DNA of 64,000 nt, taken from a virus. Below the pieces are notes generated by a model. The model was not told the DNA's origin. It was given only the letters and a program-made list of their open reading frames with translations, and made no database searches. The stretch spans positions 31,092-95,091 of IMG/VR virus record IMGVR_UViG_3300030090_003481. One strand, written 5' to 3'. Made by a program: the position numbers and the translations under genes. Of this stretch, positions 18,024-30,100 are shown piece by piece (the first letter of the stretch is position 1; each line of letters opens with the position of its first letter).

Positions 18024-21000
18024 ATGAGTAGATATTATAAAACATCAAAGTCAGCACCTATAGTAGACTATGTACAAGAATATCCTTTTGAAGAGTTATT
18101 CAAAGCTACTAAATATAGAAATGAGCTGCAAGATACAAGAATAGATAAACTTAACCAAGCATATGATGATGTGCTTGGATTAAATTTTATACCTGGTACT
18201 ACAGATGCTAATGGGGTATATCAACCTAGTCCATCTGAATTATATGTAAAACAAAAAAGACAAGATGCCGAAGATTTAATAAATAAATATAGTAATGTAG
18301 ATCTAACTAAAAGTGCTTGGGGTAATATTAATAGAGATATTACAACAATAACTAATGATCCTAACCTTGCTGATATACAAACTAGTTATAATAACTATAT
18401 CAAAAACATAGCGCATCAACGTGAACTTGATAAAGCAGGTAGACTTCCACAAAATCCATGGGGAGTTTCAGGTGATCCTACAAAACAAATGTGGGATGTA
18501 CAAACTCAAGGAATATACCCATTTAATCCTGTAGCAGGATATGATGATCCATCAGTATTATTAGAAAGATATTATAAAGATATGAATGTTGATGAGCGAT
18601 TAGATCCTAGTACTGGTCTTATTCTTAAAGATGTTACTAAAGAAGATATTAGTAGAGTAGCTGCAGGTATGGATGAAACATTTATGAATACTCCTGCAGG
18701 TAAAGACGCTATAGCAGACTATAGAATGAATAATGATGGGGCTCCTAATATGACAGATACAGATATAGCTAGACAAATAATATATGACTATGGTCAAAAA
18801 TATTTAGGTAGAGATATTCAAGGAGGTACTAAAAGTAATACAAATAATAATACTAATAAAAATAATTCTAATACTACTGTATTAGATGATTTAGATCGTG
18901 CGTTTTTACCTGGTACAGCTTGGGCTACATCTAATGAAACTACTACAACTCCTGAGATAATGAATAAAATAGCTACTAATTTAGGAGACGGTATTTATAC
19001 TTTAGAGAGTGGTACAAAAGTATATCTTAATCCTGTACAAATAAAAAGAGATGGTAGTACAAATGATATTATATCTGCTCACAATATATCTATTGCAAAA
19101 AGTTTTATGGATACATATGGTGAAAAAATTAGAGAATTACAATTTGATTATGGTATTTGGGAAGATGGTGAATTTGTAGGATGGAGAAATTTAGGTGGTG
19201 ACTTAGATGCAATAAGAAAGCAACGTGGTATAGGAGAAGATTGGATGTCTGCTAGTGAAAGAAGCAGCTATAATAGTAAGGTAAGACAATGGAAAAAAAC
19301 ACTAAGAGATTTTGATAAAGATAATGATGGTAAAATCACTGAAGCAGATTATAATATACTGACAAATAACGGAAAGAATAGTAAATTTTCAAGTTTTGAA
19401 CAGTGGCAAACAAACCAACAGCTCATAATGAAAGATCCTGAGTGGTATAAAAATTGGGTAACAAGCGAAAATAAACAAAAAGCATCACCAGGCGGTGTTT
19501 GGAATGTTATATCTAAAACTGAAATTGAAGACAGAGATCGACTACAAAATGAAATAGATGTAGCAGTTGCAGATTATGTTACTAAGTATGGTGTAGATGT
19601 AATGAATCCTGAGTTACAAGAAATGCTTAAAAACTATCAAGCAGGTACTGCAAAAGATATGGAAGATTTAGATCTTGATAAAGACGATATGCATGCTTTA
19701 ATGGCTGTAGAGCTAAGTGAGTTAGCAGGATCTGGAGGAGTATGGATGCATATACCTAATGCGCCTACTAAAACTATGGTTATAGGCCAAGAAGGTGGTA
19801 TGCCTGTTACTGGTAAATTTGTACAAGGTAATATGCTATTTACTGAAGGACAATTAGATGAATATTTCCAAAGAAAAGGATATGACCAAGCTAGTGATTG
19901 GTTTGGTGATTGGGATGATGAATTTGTTGGTGAAAATAGTAGATATAATATGTTTAGTGTGTATACCCCATCACCTGCTAGTGAACTATATATAGACAAA
20001 GATAATAATGGAGAAGCTGATGTTAATTATTTCCAATTAAATGGCGCATGGAGACAAGTGAATGATGATTGGGCAGTAGCAAATAATATTAACGAAGGTT
20101 TCTATGGTACAGGTAAGGCTGGTAATCAAGAAAGATTATTACAACAAGAATTATATAACCAAACAAGAAATGAAAATAGAAATGATGCAATTTTTGGTCA
20201 AGCTATATTCCAAAACCAAACACGTAACTTTATAAATGCTAAACGATTGTATTCTGATAATATGCCATCTGGTACAGTAAATCATAGAAAGAAAATAGCT
20301 AATAATATAAATGACTTTATAGAATCTGAAATTAATTCAGGTGATGCTGATAGAATAGATGCTGCAAATAGACTAGAAACATATTTAGTTGATAATGATT
20401 TATGGCAAGATGGATACTCAACTAATGGTACTTTTGGAACTGGTAGCTTTAAGAAAAAACGTATCTATGATACTGATGAAATACCAGAAGGAACAATGCC
20501 TTGGGAGTATGAAGACAACAAAGATGCTATGTTAGGGGCTCAATTTGTAGATTTATTTAATACACCTATTGATTCTGAAGAAAAAAGAAATCTGATATAT
20601 GAGCACATAGCTCCTTGGGGAGGCGGAGGCTCTTATAATGGAGTACAGTATATTAAAGATAATAAGTTTATAAATACAGAAGCGTCTATTAATGCTTATA
20701 AAACAGTAGCATCAAAAAGAGCTGAAGGTCTTGGATTAAATAAAGTATCTGAAGATTTATATAGTGACTTAAGATTCCTTGAAAGTGTATATGCTCCATA
20801 TGTAACTAATACTACAAAAGCGGTAATGGTTAGTATTAATGATATTGCTAAAAGTTTAGGTGAAGAATTTGTTATAACTGGGTTATATAGAACTCCAGAA
20901 TATAATAAGACTGTAGGCGGTCAACATGGTTCTACACATACAAAAGGTATGGGTATTGATGTGAGGTTAAATGAAAAATTTAGCGATTGGTTAAACACAA

Positions 21001-21128
21001 GTCCAGCGGCTAAGAAAACAAAAGATACTAGTCTAGGTCCAAAATATACAGTATATTCTATGACAGGTCAACCTATATTTACAGTTCTAGTAGAAGACGA
21101 TCATTTCCATATTGAAAGTTTTAAATAA
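18024..21128 (+). CDS. Internal virion protein with C-terminal peptidase M15 (peptidoglycan hydrolase) domain
   Basis: C-terminal ITGLYRTPEYNKTVGG..GSTHTKGMGIDV...DHFHIE carries the M15 Zn ligands H, D, H. Position before vRNAP. Confidence 0.7.
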   Translation: MSRYYKTSKSAPIVDYVQEYPFEELFKATKYRNELQDTRIDKLNQAYDDVLGLNFIPGTTDANGVYQPSPSELYVKQKRQDAEDLINKYSNVDLTKSAWGNINRDITTITNDPNLADIQTSYNNYIKNIAHQRELDKAGRLPQNPWGVSGDPTKQMWDVQTQGIYPFNPVAGYDDPSVLLERYYKDMNVDERLDPSTGLILKDVTKEDISRVAAGMDETFMNTPAGKDAIADYRMNNDGAPNMTDTDIARQIIYDYGQKYLGRDIQGGTKSNTNNNTNKNNSNTTVLDDLDRAFLPGTAWATSNETTTTPEIMNKIATNLGDGIYTLESGTKVYLNPVQIKRDGSTNDIISAHNISIAKSFMDTYGEKIRELQFDYGIWEDGEFVGWRNLGGDLDAIRKQRGIGEDWMSASERSSYNSKVRQWKKTLRDFDKDNDGKITEADYNILTNNGKNSKFSSFEQWQTNQQLIMKDPEWYKNWVTSENKQKASPGGVWNVISKTEIEDRDRLQNEIDVAVADYVTKYGVDVMNPELQEMLKNYQAGTAKDMEDLDLDKDDMHALMAVELSELAGSGGVWMHIPNAPTKTMVIGQEGGMPVTGKFVQGNMLFTEGQLDEYFQRKGYDQASDWFGDWDDEFVGENSRYNMFSVYTPSPASELYIDKDNNGEADVNYFQLNGAWRQVNDDWAVANNINEGFYGTGKAGNQERLLQQELYNQTRNENRNDAIFGQAIFQNQTRNFINAKRLYSDNMPSGTVNHRKKIANNINDFIESEINSGDADRIDAANRLETYLVDNDLWQDGYSTNGTFGTGSFKKKRIYDTDEIPEGTMPWEYEDNKDAMLGAQFVDLFNTPIDSEEKRNLIYEHIAPWGGGGSYNGVQYIKDNKFINTEASINAYKTVASKRAEGLGLNKVSEDLYSDLRFLESVYAPYVTNTTKAVMVSINDIAKSLGEEFVITGLYRTPEYNKTVGGQHGSTHTKGMGIDVRLNEKFSDWLNTSPAAKKTKDTSLGPKYTVYSMTGQPIFTVLVEDDHFHIESFK

Positions 21129-21136
21129 AAAGTATT

Positions 21137-24100
21137 ATGAGTAACGGTGACGAAAACACTAACAAACCTATAGATTTATATAATGTACAATTTGAAGATC
21201 CTACAATAACTGAGCAAGATGATCTTCAAGATTTATTACAAAGTCTACAACCTCCAGGATTTACGGCTCCTATAATCAATGATTATAAGCCTAAAATACA
21301 ATTAACAGAATCTTTATTAAGACAAAGAAGAACTAATGCAATTGATACTGCTCCAAGAATTACTGAAGCTTTTCCTGGATTTAGTGTAGAACCTGAGTAT
21401 GTTGAAAATAATTTACAAAGCGATAGTAAAAACTGGTGGAATACTTTATATGCACAAATAGATCAAATACAATTATCTAAATATAAAGGTAGAAAGTTAA
21501 TGCACCAAACTCGTATTGATGAGCTTAAACAAGAATTAGATACTAATCCTGAATTAAGTCCTGAAGATATAGAAGTATATACAAGAGAAATAAAAAAGCT
21601 AGAATCTGAGATACAAGATATTGAAATCGATATTGCAGAAGAAGAAGATGAATTATCTAGAAATCCTATTTCAGATTATTACAAAGAAGCTACAGCTGCA
21701 CAACAACAAGAAGAAGCAAGTAATTGGTGGTCTTATTTAGGTAGTGGAGAAGCAGCGCAAGATATAGGAGGATCTATGTCTGAAGCTATGTCTATGGCAA
21801 AAGCTATTGTTGGTCCACAACTTATTAAAAATGTAGGAATGAGATTAGCTGCTGCATGGGCAGGTACTAATGTAGCAAATGTTAATCCTTGGGTAGCTGC
21901 AGGTACTACAATTGCTGGTATAGGTTATGGATTATATGAAACCTGGAATATGCGAGATGCTGAATCTAATGCAGAAGCGTGGGATGCATATGAAACTAGA
22001 GTAAAAGAAGATATAGCTCTTTGGGAATCTAGAAATAGATCAAAAGCGCCTAAAGAATTAATAGAAGTAATTAAAAAAAGAGCTGCTAAAGGTGTAAGAG
22101 AAGTGTACCAACAAAACATGTTATTAGGTTTTGGTGATGTAGCTCAGGTAGGAGCAGGTATTTTCATGCCATGGGGTAAATTAACACGTAATTTATTAGG
22201 TACTAGTAGAGCATCTAAAGTACTTGGTTACGGAGTAGGTATGAGCTTTCAAGGTGGTATAGAAGGTATGGAAGAAGGATACCAGTTTTTAACTAAACAA
22301 GATTATTTAGAAGGTACATATGATAAAGGAAGTTCAGGAGGTACTTATGGTTTTGGATCAACGTTTGATGTTGGATTTTTAGATAGAGTATCAAGAGGTT
22401 TTAGTTTAGGTTTAGAAACAGGTCAAGCTATGATGGGTATGCTTAGCGGAGATTATGTAGGAGGCAGAACAAACAATCCAGAATTTAGAAATTCTGTAAG
22501 AGCAGGAGCTATATTAGGTGCTGGTATGGGTGCCACTATAGAGCTAGGACAAAATATATTTACTAAAGGATATAAAGAAGGACTTAACACTGTATATAAT
22601 AAAGCTAATAAAAAACATATAAATGATGTTATAGATAGTTATGGTAGAGAAGAACAAGTTCTTTATAGAGCAGGTAGTTATTATGATATGTTTTCAAAAG
22701 GTAAAACTGTAGAAGATATTACAAAAATAATAAATAAATTACCTGAAGATAACTTTATTCAGCTTACAAAAGATGAAGCTTTAGCAGATCTTAATGTAAT
22801 GAGAGGTATCTACGATAAATTACAACAACCTGGATATAAAAATTTATCAGCAGATGAAAAGAAAGTAGTTATGGCTACTATGATGAAGTCTAAAGATAAA
22901 GCTAAAATTGCTAGAAATATAGCAGCAGAAACAGAAAATACTATACAATCTATTTATGAAGCAGACTCAGGTATTGAAAGAAGGGACGGCTTTAAAGAAA
23001 TGAATAGAGTAAAAAACAGTTTAAAAGCTGTTGATAAAGCTATAACAGATATTAATAGTATATTAAAAGATAAAAATAAAGCAGTTAACCCAAAGAAAGT
23101 TAACGAAAGAGTACTTAGAGATACTCTAGAACAACTTGAAAATAAAAGAAAAGAATTATTAGGTAAAGTTGATGAAGCAATAGAAACATATGGAGGATAC
23201 TCTGAAGCATCTTTTAGCCAAGATGATAAATTAGTAGATTTAGAAAGTAAAAAAATAATTGCAGAGTTAGAAGCTGAGAGACATAATAATTATTATCTTG
23301 AGATGGAAAAACTTGATGGTGAAAATATTAAATATTTTGAACCATATGCTGAAGAGCTTAAGTCTTTTGTTGAAAACAAAAAAGAAGGCCAAAAGAAAGC
23401 AGCTAAAGCAGAAGAAGTTAAACAAAAGATAAAAGATCCTGATGGGGATATAAATGAAAATGATTTAGTATACTATAAAGGAAATGAAGGAACTGTATTA
23501 AAACGTAATTCTGATGGTACTCTTGATGTAAAAATAAAGTCTACAGGTATAACAGAAAAAATACCTGAAGACCAACTTGATAAATTAGAAACATTTGAAG
23601 GTGTTAAAGATAAATTATCAGAGACTAGAAAAAAGATAGAAGCTGGTGGATTATATGCTGACCAAGACCTTAATGAAGAAGGCGCTATAATACCAGATGA
23701 TATATTAGATGAAACTCTTAGCTTAGCTGAAGTATTAGAAGGAGAACATAAAGGACGTAATGAAGGGTCTAATAGACAAGGTACTGTTGTAGGTAGTCAT
23801 AAAAATGCTCAAATAAAAGGAACTAATCCAGATAATTTAGAAAACACAGGAGATGAAATAACTGCTGAACAAGCACAAAGAGATGCTAAAGAAGATGATA
23901 TTAGATTAAAAAAAGAACCAAGACCTAGATTTGTATTTTTAAGAAGAGTATCAGGAACTAGTTCTTATGCATCAATGGAACCACAAACTTCTTATTTTTT
24001 ATCTCAAACTCCTGAGAAAGAAATTATAGAAAACCATGATGTAATATACAGAATAAATTCTGCTGGATTTAGCCAAAGATTAATAGATAATCTTGGAGAA

Positions 24101-27100
24101 GGTGTAGTAAATTTATTTAAAAATCCTAAACCTATAACTCCAGGAATAGCAAAAGAATTAAATACTAATGTAGAAGATCTTACAAAAAAATTAATTAGTT
24201 TGCCAATAGAAATGGTGCTAGTTAATAAAAAAACTGGACAAATAGTAAAATCTAGAACAGAAGAAAGAGCTAAAGAACGTGAGGTAAGAGGTGTGTTGTA
24301 TGATAATGCAATGATAGCAGAAACTAAAAACAACCTAATTAAATTAAAAACACAAATATATAATATACTAGCACTTAATCAAACTCCTATAGGTAGTATA
24401 GAAGATATATATGGTTATCAAAGAATTAAATATGGAGAAGAACAAAATGATCCAAGACAAGTATTTGGTGATACATTAGGTAGAGTTGCTATTGGAGATA
24501 AGAATGAACAAGCACTACGTGAAAATAAAACTAGTAGTGAATATATACATCCTCATTTTAAATGGCAAGATAAATTTAATGGTTGGGTATTTTTAGAAAT
24601 AAATAGACCTAACAGTGTTACTCCTGTTAAAGCAAATAATAGAAATATAAATACACAAGAAGCTAAAGTTATATTAAATATATATAAATCTTTTCTTAGT
24701 AAAAAGGCTAGTCCTAAAACTCCTTATGCTAATTCAGGATTGACTTATGGGCAAATGTTAAATCTATTAGTATATGAAGGACCAGGTGCTAGTACATCTA
24801 AAATAGATAATAAATTATATGTCGACCTTACTAACAAACGTATACATTATGGTAGTAATAAAACAGGTAAAGGTAAGTTAACACCACAAGAAGAAGAGGC
24901 TTTTATAAATCATATAAAACAACATAAAAAACGTAGGATTGATCTACAATACACAAATAGAAGTATATTTTCTGGAGAGCTTGAGGCGCTAGAAAAAATA
25001 AATTTCTTAGGAACTGAGATTGAGAAAGGAAAAAATGATGATTATAATACAATCTTAATGGACCAAGGAGTTATAACTGTTAATACAGATATACAAACTA
25101 ATCCTTTTATGGATCCTAATATATTTTTAAGTAATGAAGTAAATGCTAAAGAGAAACCTCAAGTAATAAAAAAAGAAACTGAAACTACATTATCTAAACA
25201 AGATCAAGCTTTAGTAAATTGGCTATCAACATCAGAAGGTAGTTTAGATAATCAAACTGCTGCAGAGTCTGCAACAAAACTTGGTATAAAATTTACTCAA
25301 GCTAGAGATCAAGCTAGAAATGCTGGTAAAACTCGGGAAGAGATAGAACAATTTATGAAAGAAAATCTTGGACAAGAAATGTGGGCAGCTGCTGCTATAG
25401 GACTTAGAGCTGCTGAATTAGCTCCAAGATTAGAACAATTGTATAAAAAGTTTGGAAAAGATATAATTAAACTGAAAGATACTACAAAAAAATTAGATTT
25501 TGGTAATGAGGATATGGGTATGTTTTCTGAGGTTACACCAGAAACTTTAGGTAGCCCTATTATAGATGAAGCAGAAGCTAGAGCGTATTGGGAAAAAAGA
25601 ACAGATTTTCCTTTAGAATTTATAGATGATTTTATATCTATAGGAAATGAATTAGGTTCTTATGCTCAAGGTATGTTCCAAGCAACAGGTGTTAAATTAT
25701 CTAGACAAGCGGCAACAGGTGTAGAATACCATGAATTATATCATGCTATTGAAGAAACTATGTTAACTAATGAAGAGATTCAAGAGTTAAATAACGAGAC
25801 TATGAAGATAGTAGGATTACCTAGTGTTGCAGATTTATATAAATATAAAACAAGATGGGGTAATAAAATTAGTACTAAAGCTGTTAATGAATTAGGTTTT
25901 AAAACTAAAGATGATTACTATAGACATTTATATTTATCAGAGCATAGAGCAAATAATTATCAAAACTATGCAGCATCAGACGGTAAAACTAGATTTGGTA
26001 AGAAAGAAACTAATTTCTTTAAAAGATTATGGAACTGGATTAAAGGATTATTTGGCAAGCCTAAAACAACAGTTGATTCTTTATTTAAAAATATTCATGA
26101 AGGTTATTATAAAGGTAAAAATCCTAGACCAGAAAGAATGAAAGCTCTATCTGAAGCTGGAATAATATCTTATTCTGAAATAGCTGAAAGAGTATTTAAT
26201 GAAGATCAAATTGGTGATATAAGTTTATCTTTACTTAGACATGCAGTTGATAACTCAGGGGGTATTAGAACTTTACTTGAGAAAGATGAAATAATTGTTG
26301 ATATAGAAAATACATTTAATAATATTAAAGAACAAATAGCAAAAGACCCGAGTAAGCAATGGTTAAATAAAATTGTAGATCACGAAGAGTTCTTTAAAAA
26401 CGAACTAAGAAGCCATTTATTATTTATTAATGGTAAAGATACTACTGTAGAAACTGAGGTTGAAAATGCTATTGATGAGAATAATACAGAAATACTAGAA
26501 GCAACAAGACCTGCTTATGAAATATCTAATAGAGATAAAGCTAGGCCTGCTATAAAATTATTAGTATTACTTACACCAGAACTAAACTCTCTTAAATTAA
26601 AAGAAGGTAGTTATGATGTTAAGATTAGCCCATATACTAATTTAGTAAAACCTGCAGATGGTAATAATTTATTTTCTATACTAGAAAACGAACTATCTGA
26701 TATAGTTAGTGACTATATAGGTGATGAATTTGTTACTTCAGAAAAACAAATGCTAGATAAATTAAAAAAATTAGAATCTACAGATCCTAGTTTTAGATAT
26801 ATCTATGATGCTATTAATAAAATACCAGGATTAAAAACTAAATTCCATGCTGCATTTAATTTAAGATCTATGAATTTCTTAAATGCAAATCACAGAGGAA
26901 AGCCTGGCGCAGTTAAATTTAATTTATATGATCCAGGAGAATTTTCTAGAAGGTCTAAAGTAGTAAACCAATGGTTAGAGAATTTCCAAGATTTAAATTT
27001 ATTTGAAACTAAAGAAGGTGAGATAGTTGGAAACAAAGAAAATATAACACCTATTCTAACTGAATGGAAAACATTAAAAAACAACAGGCCGAATAATCCA

Positions 27101-30100
27101 GGGCTTAAGGCAAGATTTATAGCAAATAACAGTATATTAACAGATAGTTTAGGTAAAGAAATATCAGATATATTAGCTAAAGTAGGTATAAATACATCTA
27201 CAAAAGAATTACGAGATGCTTATCAATCTTTAAATGGTAAAGATAATTTACAAAAATTTATGAGACTTGTATCAGGTATCAATAAATTATTTTTAGGGTC
27301 AGGATACTCTCTACAAAAAATGGGAGAAGGTAAAAGTATTGACTTTAATGATAATAACTTTTTTAAAGATGAAAAAATAATAAGAACGTTAGCTAATTCT
27401 ACAGCTAAGTATTTAAATCATTACGGAGAATCTGTTATACGTACAGCAAATAATAAATCACATTGGCTATTTGCTCCTTATAACTATATGACAAATATAG
27501 CTAGGATAGTAAAAAATGGTAGTTTAAATAATAATAAACATGTAAATGATTTACTAGCTTCTCCTTTTAATAGAACATCAAGATATTTAAATAGTCTAAA
27601 ACAAAGCGAAGATACCAGAGTAGAACTAGAAGTTAAAACTATGGGCGCATTAAGAGGAGGAGAAACTATAGGACAATCATTTAAAAATTTAAAAAAGATT
27701 GATGAAGTAGCTATGAGAATGGCTCTTGAATTAAATGGTTATAGTTTACCTATGACATATGCAAGTAAATCTGTATTTCAGTTTTTTAAAGGATTACCTA
27801 AAATAGATTTAGGAGCAGGTTTTCATTGGGAAAATGATGCTATTAGATTTTCTGATGGTATCAAAGGTATGTTTGCAGATAAAGTATTAGCAGAGTATAA
27901 TAGAATGTCACAAGTTGCTGGTCATATTGCAGGAGGATTAGCAGTAAAAGATATGATTGTTGATTATCATTATAGTATAGATAAACAAGGCAAAAAAGAT
28001 TTTAGTAAAGCTAAAGGATTACAATTTTTAAATTTTCCTACATTAAACATAGACCAAAAACTAGCGCCTTTATTCTTTAAAAACGATGGTACACTTGTAG
28101 AAACATTAGATAAAGATACAGCTACTAAACTATATCCTTATATAGAAAAAGTGTTAGAAGAAAGAGTAAAAGAACAATATCTAGAATCTGTAAAAATAGG
28201 ATTAATAAAAAGAGATAATGATATACTTATAAATAAAGGTATTGATTTAAATATAATAAAAAAATACGAAAAAAAGTATTCTGAAACAAGAACACAAGCT
28301 ATAAAAAGAGCAATTGCTGAGTATACTATAAATAGTATGATGAATAATCTTGAGATGCAGCATATGTTTTTAGGTGATCCTGCATTTTATAAAGGTACAA
28401 GTATAGAAAAAAGACCTCCTTCTTTATTAGCTACAGGAGATTTAATTGGAGAAATTAAAGATGAATATGGTAATATAAAAACTCATTATACAGCTGCAGT
28501 AATTAATGATATTATTAAAAATTCTGATATACATCCACAATTAGGTAGAATTACAAGTAGTGATGGAAATGCTTATATAACAGCACAACATTATAAAGAT
28601 ATTGTAACAGGATTAGAAGGTTGGAGTAAGGACAAAGAAGAAGCTCACCAAAGATTAATCAGGGGAACTGCAAAAGAAAAAGATATAGAATTGATAATAG
28701 CACAGCCTATTAAAGGAATGCATTATCAGTTAAGAAATACAAAAGGAATGTCTATACCTACATATCTTAAATACTCACAAGTACCATTGTATCCACATTT
28801 TACAGAAGGTACTAAACTAGATGAGTTAAGAGTAGCTATGGAAGATAATACAAATCCAATAGATGTTATAGTACATATGTCTGCTGTAAAAGCAGGAGCA
28901 CAAAATCCTATTAATATATTAGATGAGCAAGGTAATATAAAAGACCCTAATCTTTTGAGCCAAGAGTTAACTCCAATGAGATTAGAATTTAGACATTGGA
29001 AATTACAACAAAAAAGCCCAGTAAAAAAAGGTGATCAGTTAATCGGATCACAACCTAAAAAACAAATTGTAGGGGCTCTTGAGGTTTTAAATCCTGATAA
29101 ACCTAGACATAGAGAAATAGCTAAAGAATTAAATGATATATATGCAGCACAATCTAATAAACAAACAGAAGAATTAAAAAAGAAATATGGTATAGATTTA
29201 ATTAATGAGGGTGTTAATGATAATAATTATATGTATAGTAATCTAAATAAATTATCTGATGATATTAAAGATAATATGTCTAGAACTACAAATATATCAC
29301 GTCATTTAAGAAAGCATTTAGATGTAGTCGATAATGATTTTGTAAATGAATTGTCTGCTAGCCCAATAAGACGTAAAGTACAACAGATAGTAGCATCAAT
29401 GTATACAAAAGCAGCTGTTAAAGTTAAGGGTCCAGGTGGAGGTAAGATTTTAATTAATGCTAGTTTATACGAACCTGTCACTAAATTTAGCGAGCTAAGC
29501 CCTATAGAACAAGATATGTTGAGAAAGAGCGCTTTTGTAAATCCTGAAGAATTAAAACCTACATATATAAAAAATGGTAAAGTAATACCAGGACATGTTT
29601 GGTTGCCACATTGGATGGGTAAAATTATACCAAGCGGTAAATTATCTATGAATGAAGTTAAACAATACTTAACAGATCCTAGATTGCGTAAGTTAATTAG
29701 TTATAGAATACCAACACAATTCCTATCTTCTATTGATCAGAATGAAGTTGTAGGATTTTTACCACAATCTATGGGTAATTCTGTAATTGCTTATAATGAA
29801 ATGGTACCTAAAACAGGACATGATTTTGATTTTGATAAGCTATATACTATACTACCTTATTTCACATATAATAAAAAAACAAAAGAAATTGAATACATAG
29901 AATTTGATAAGTCTAAGCCAGCTGGCGAGCAGAGTAAAAAAGCGTTACATAATAGAATGATAGAATTATATACAGAGATTTTATCAGATGTTGATGTACA
30001 TAAAAGATCTATGAAACCAATTGAAACACTAGATGATAGATATTTTGCTGCTAGAATTAGAGCCAAAGAAAATATTTCTAGATTATCTCAAGGAGATAAA

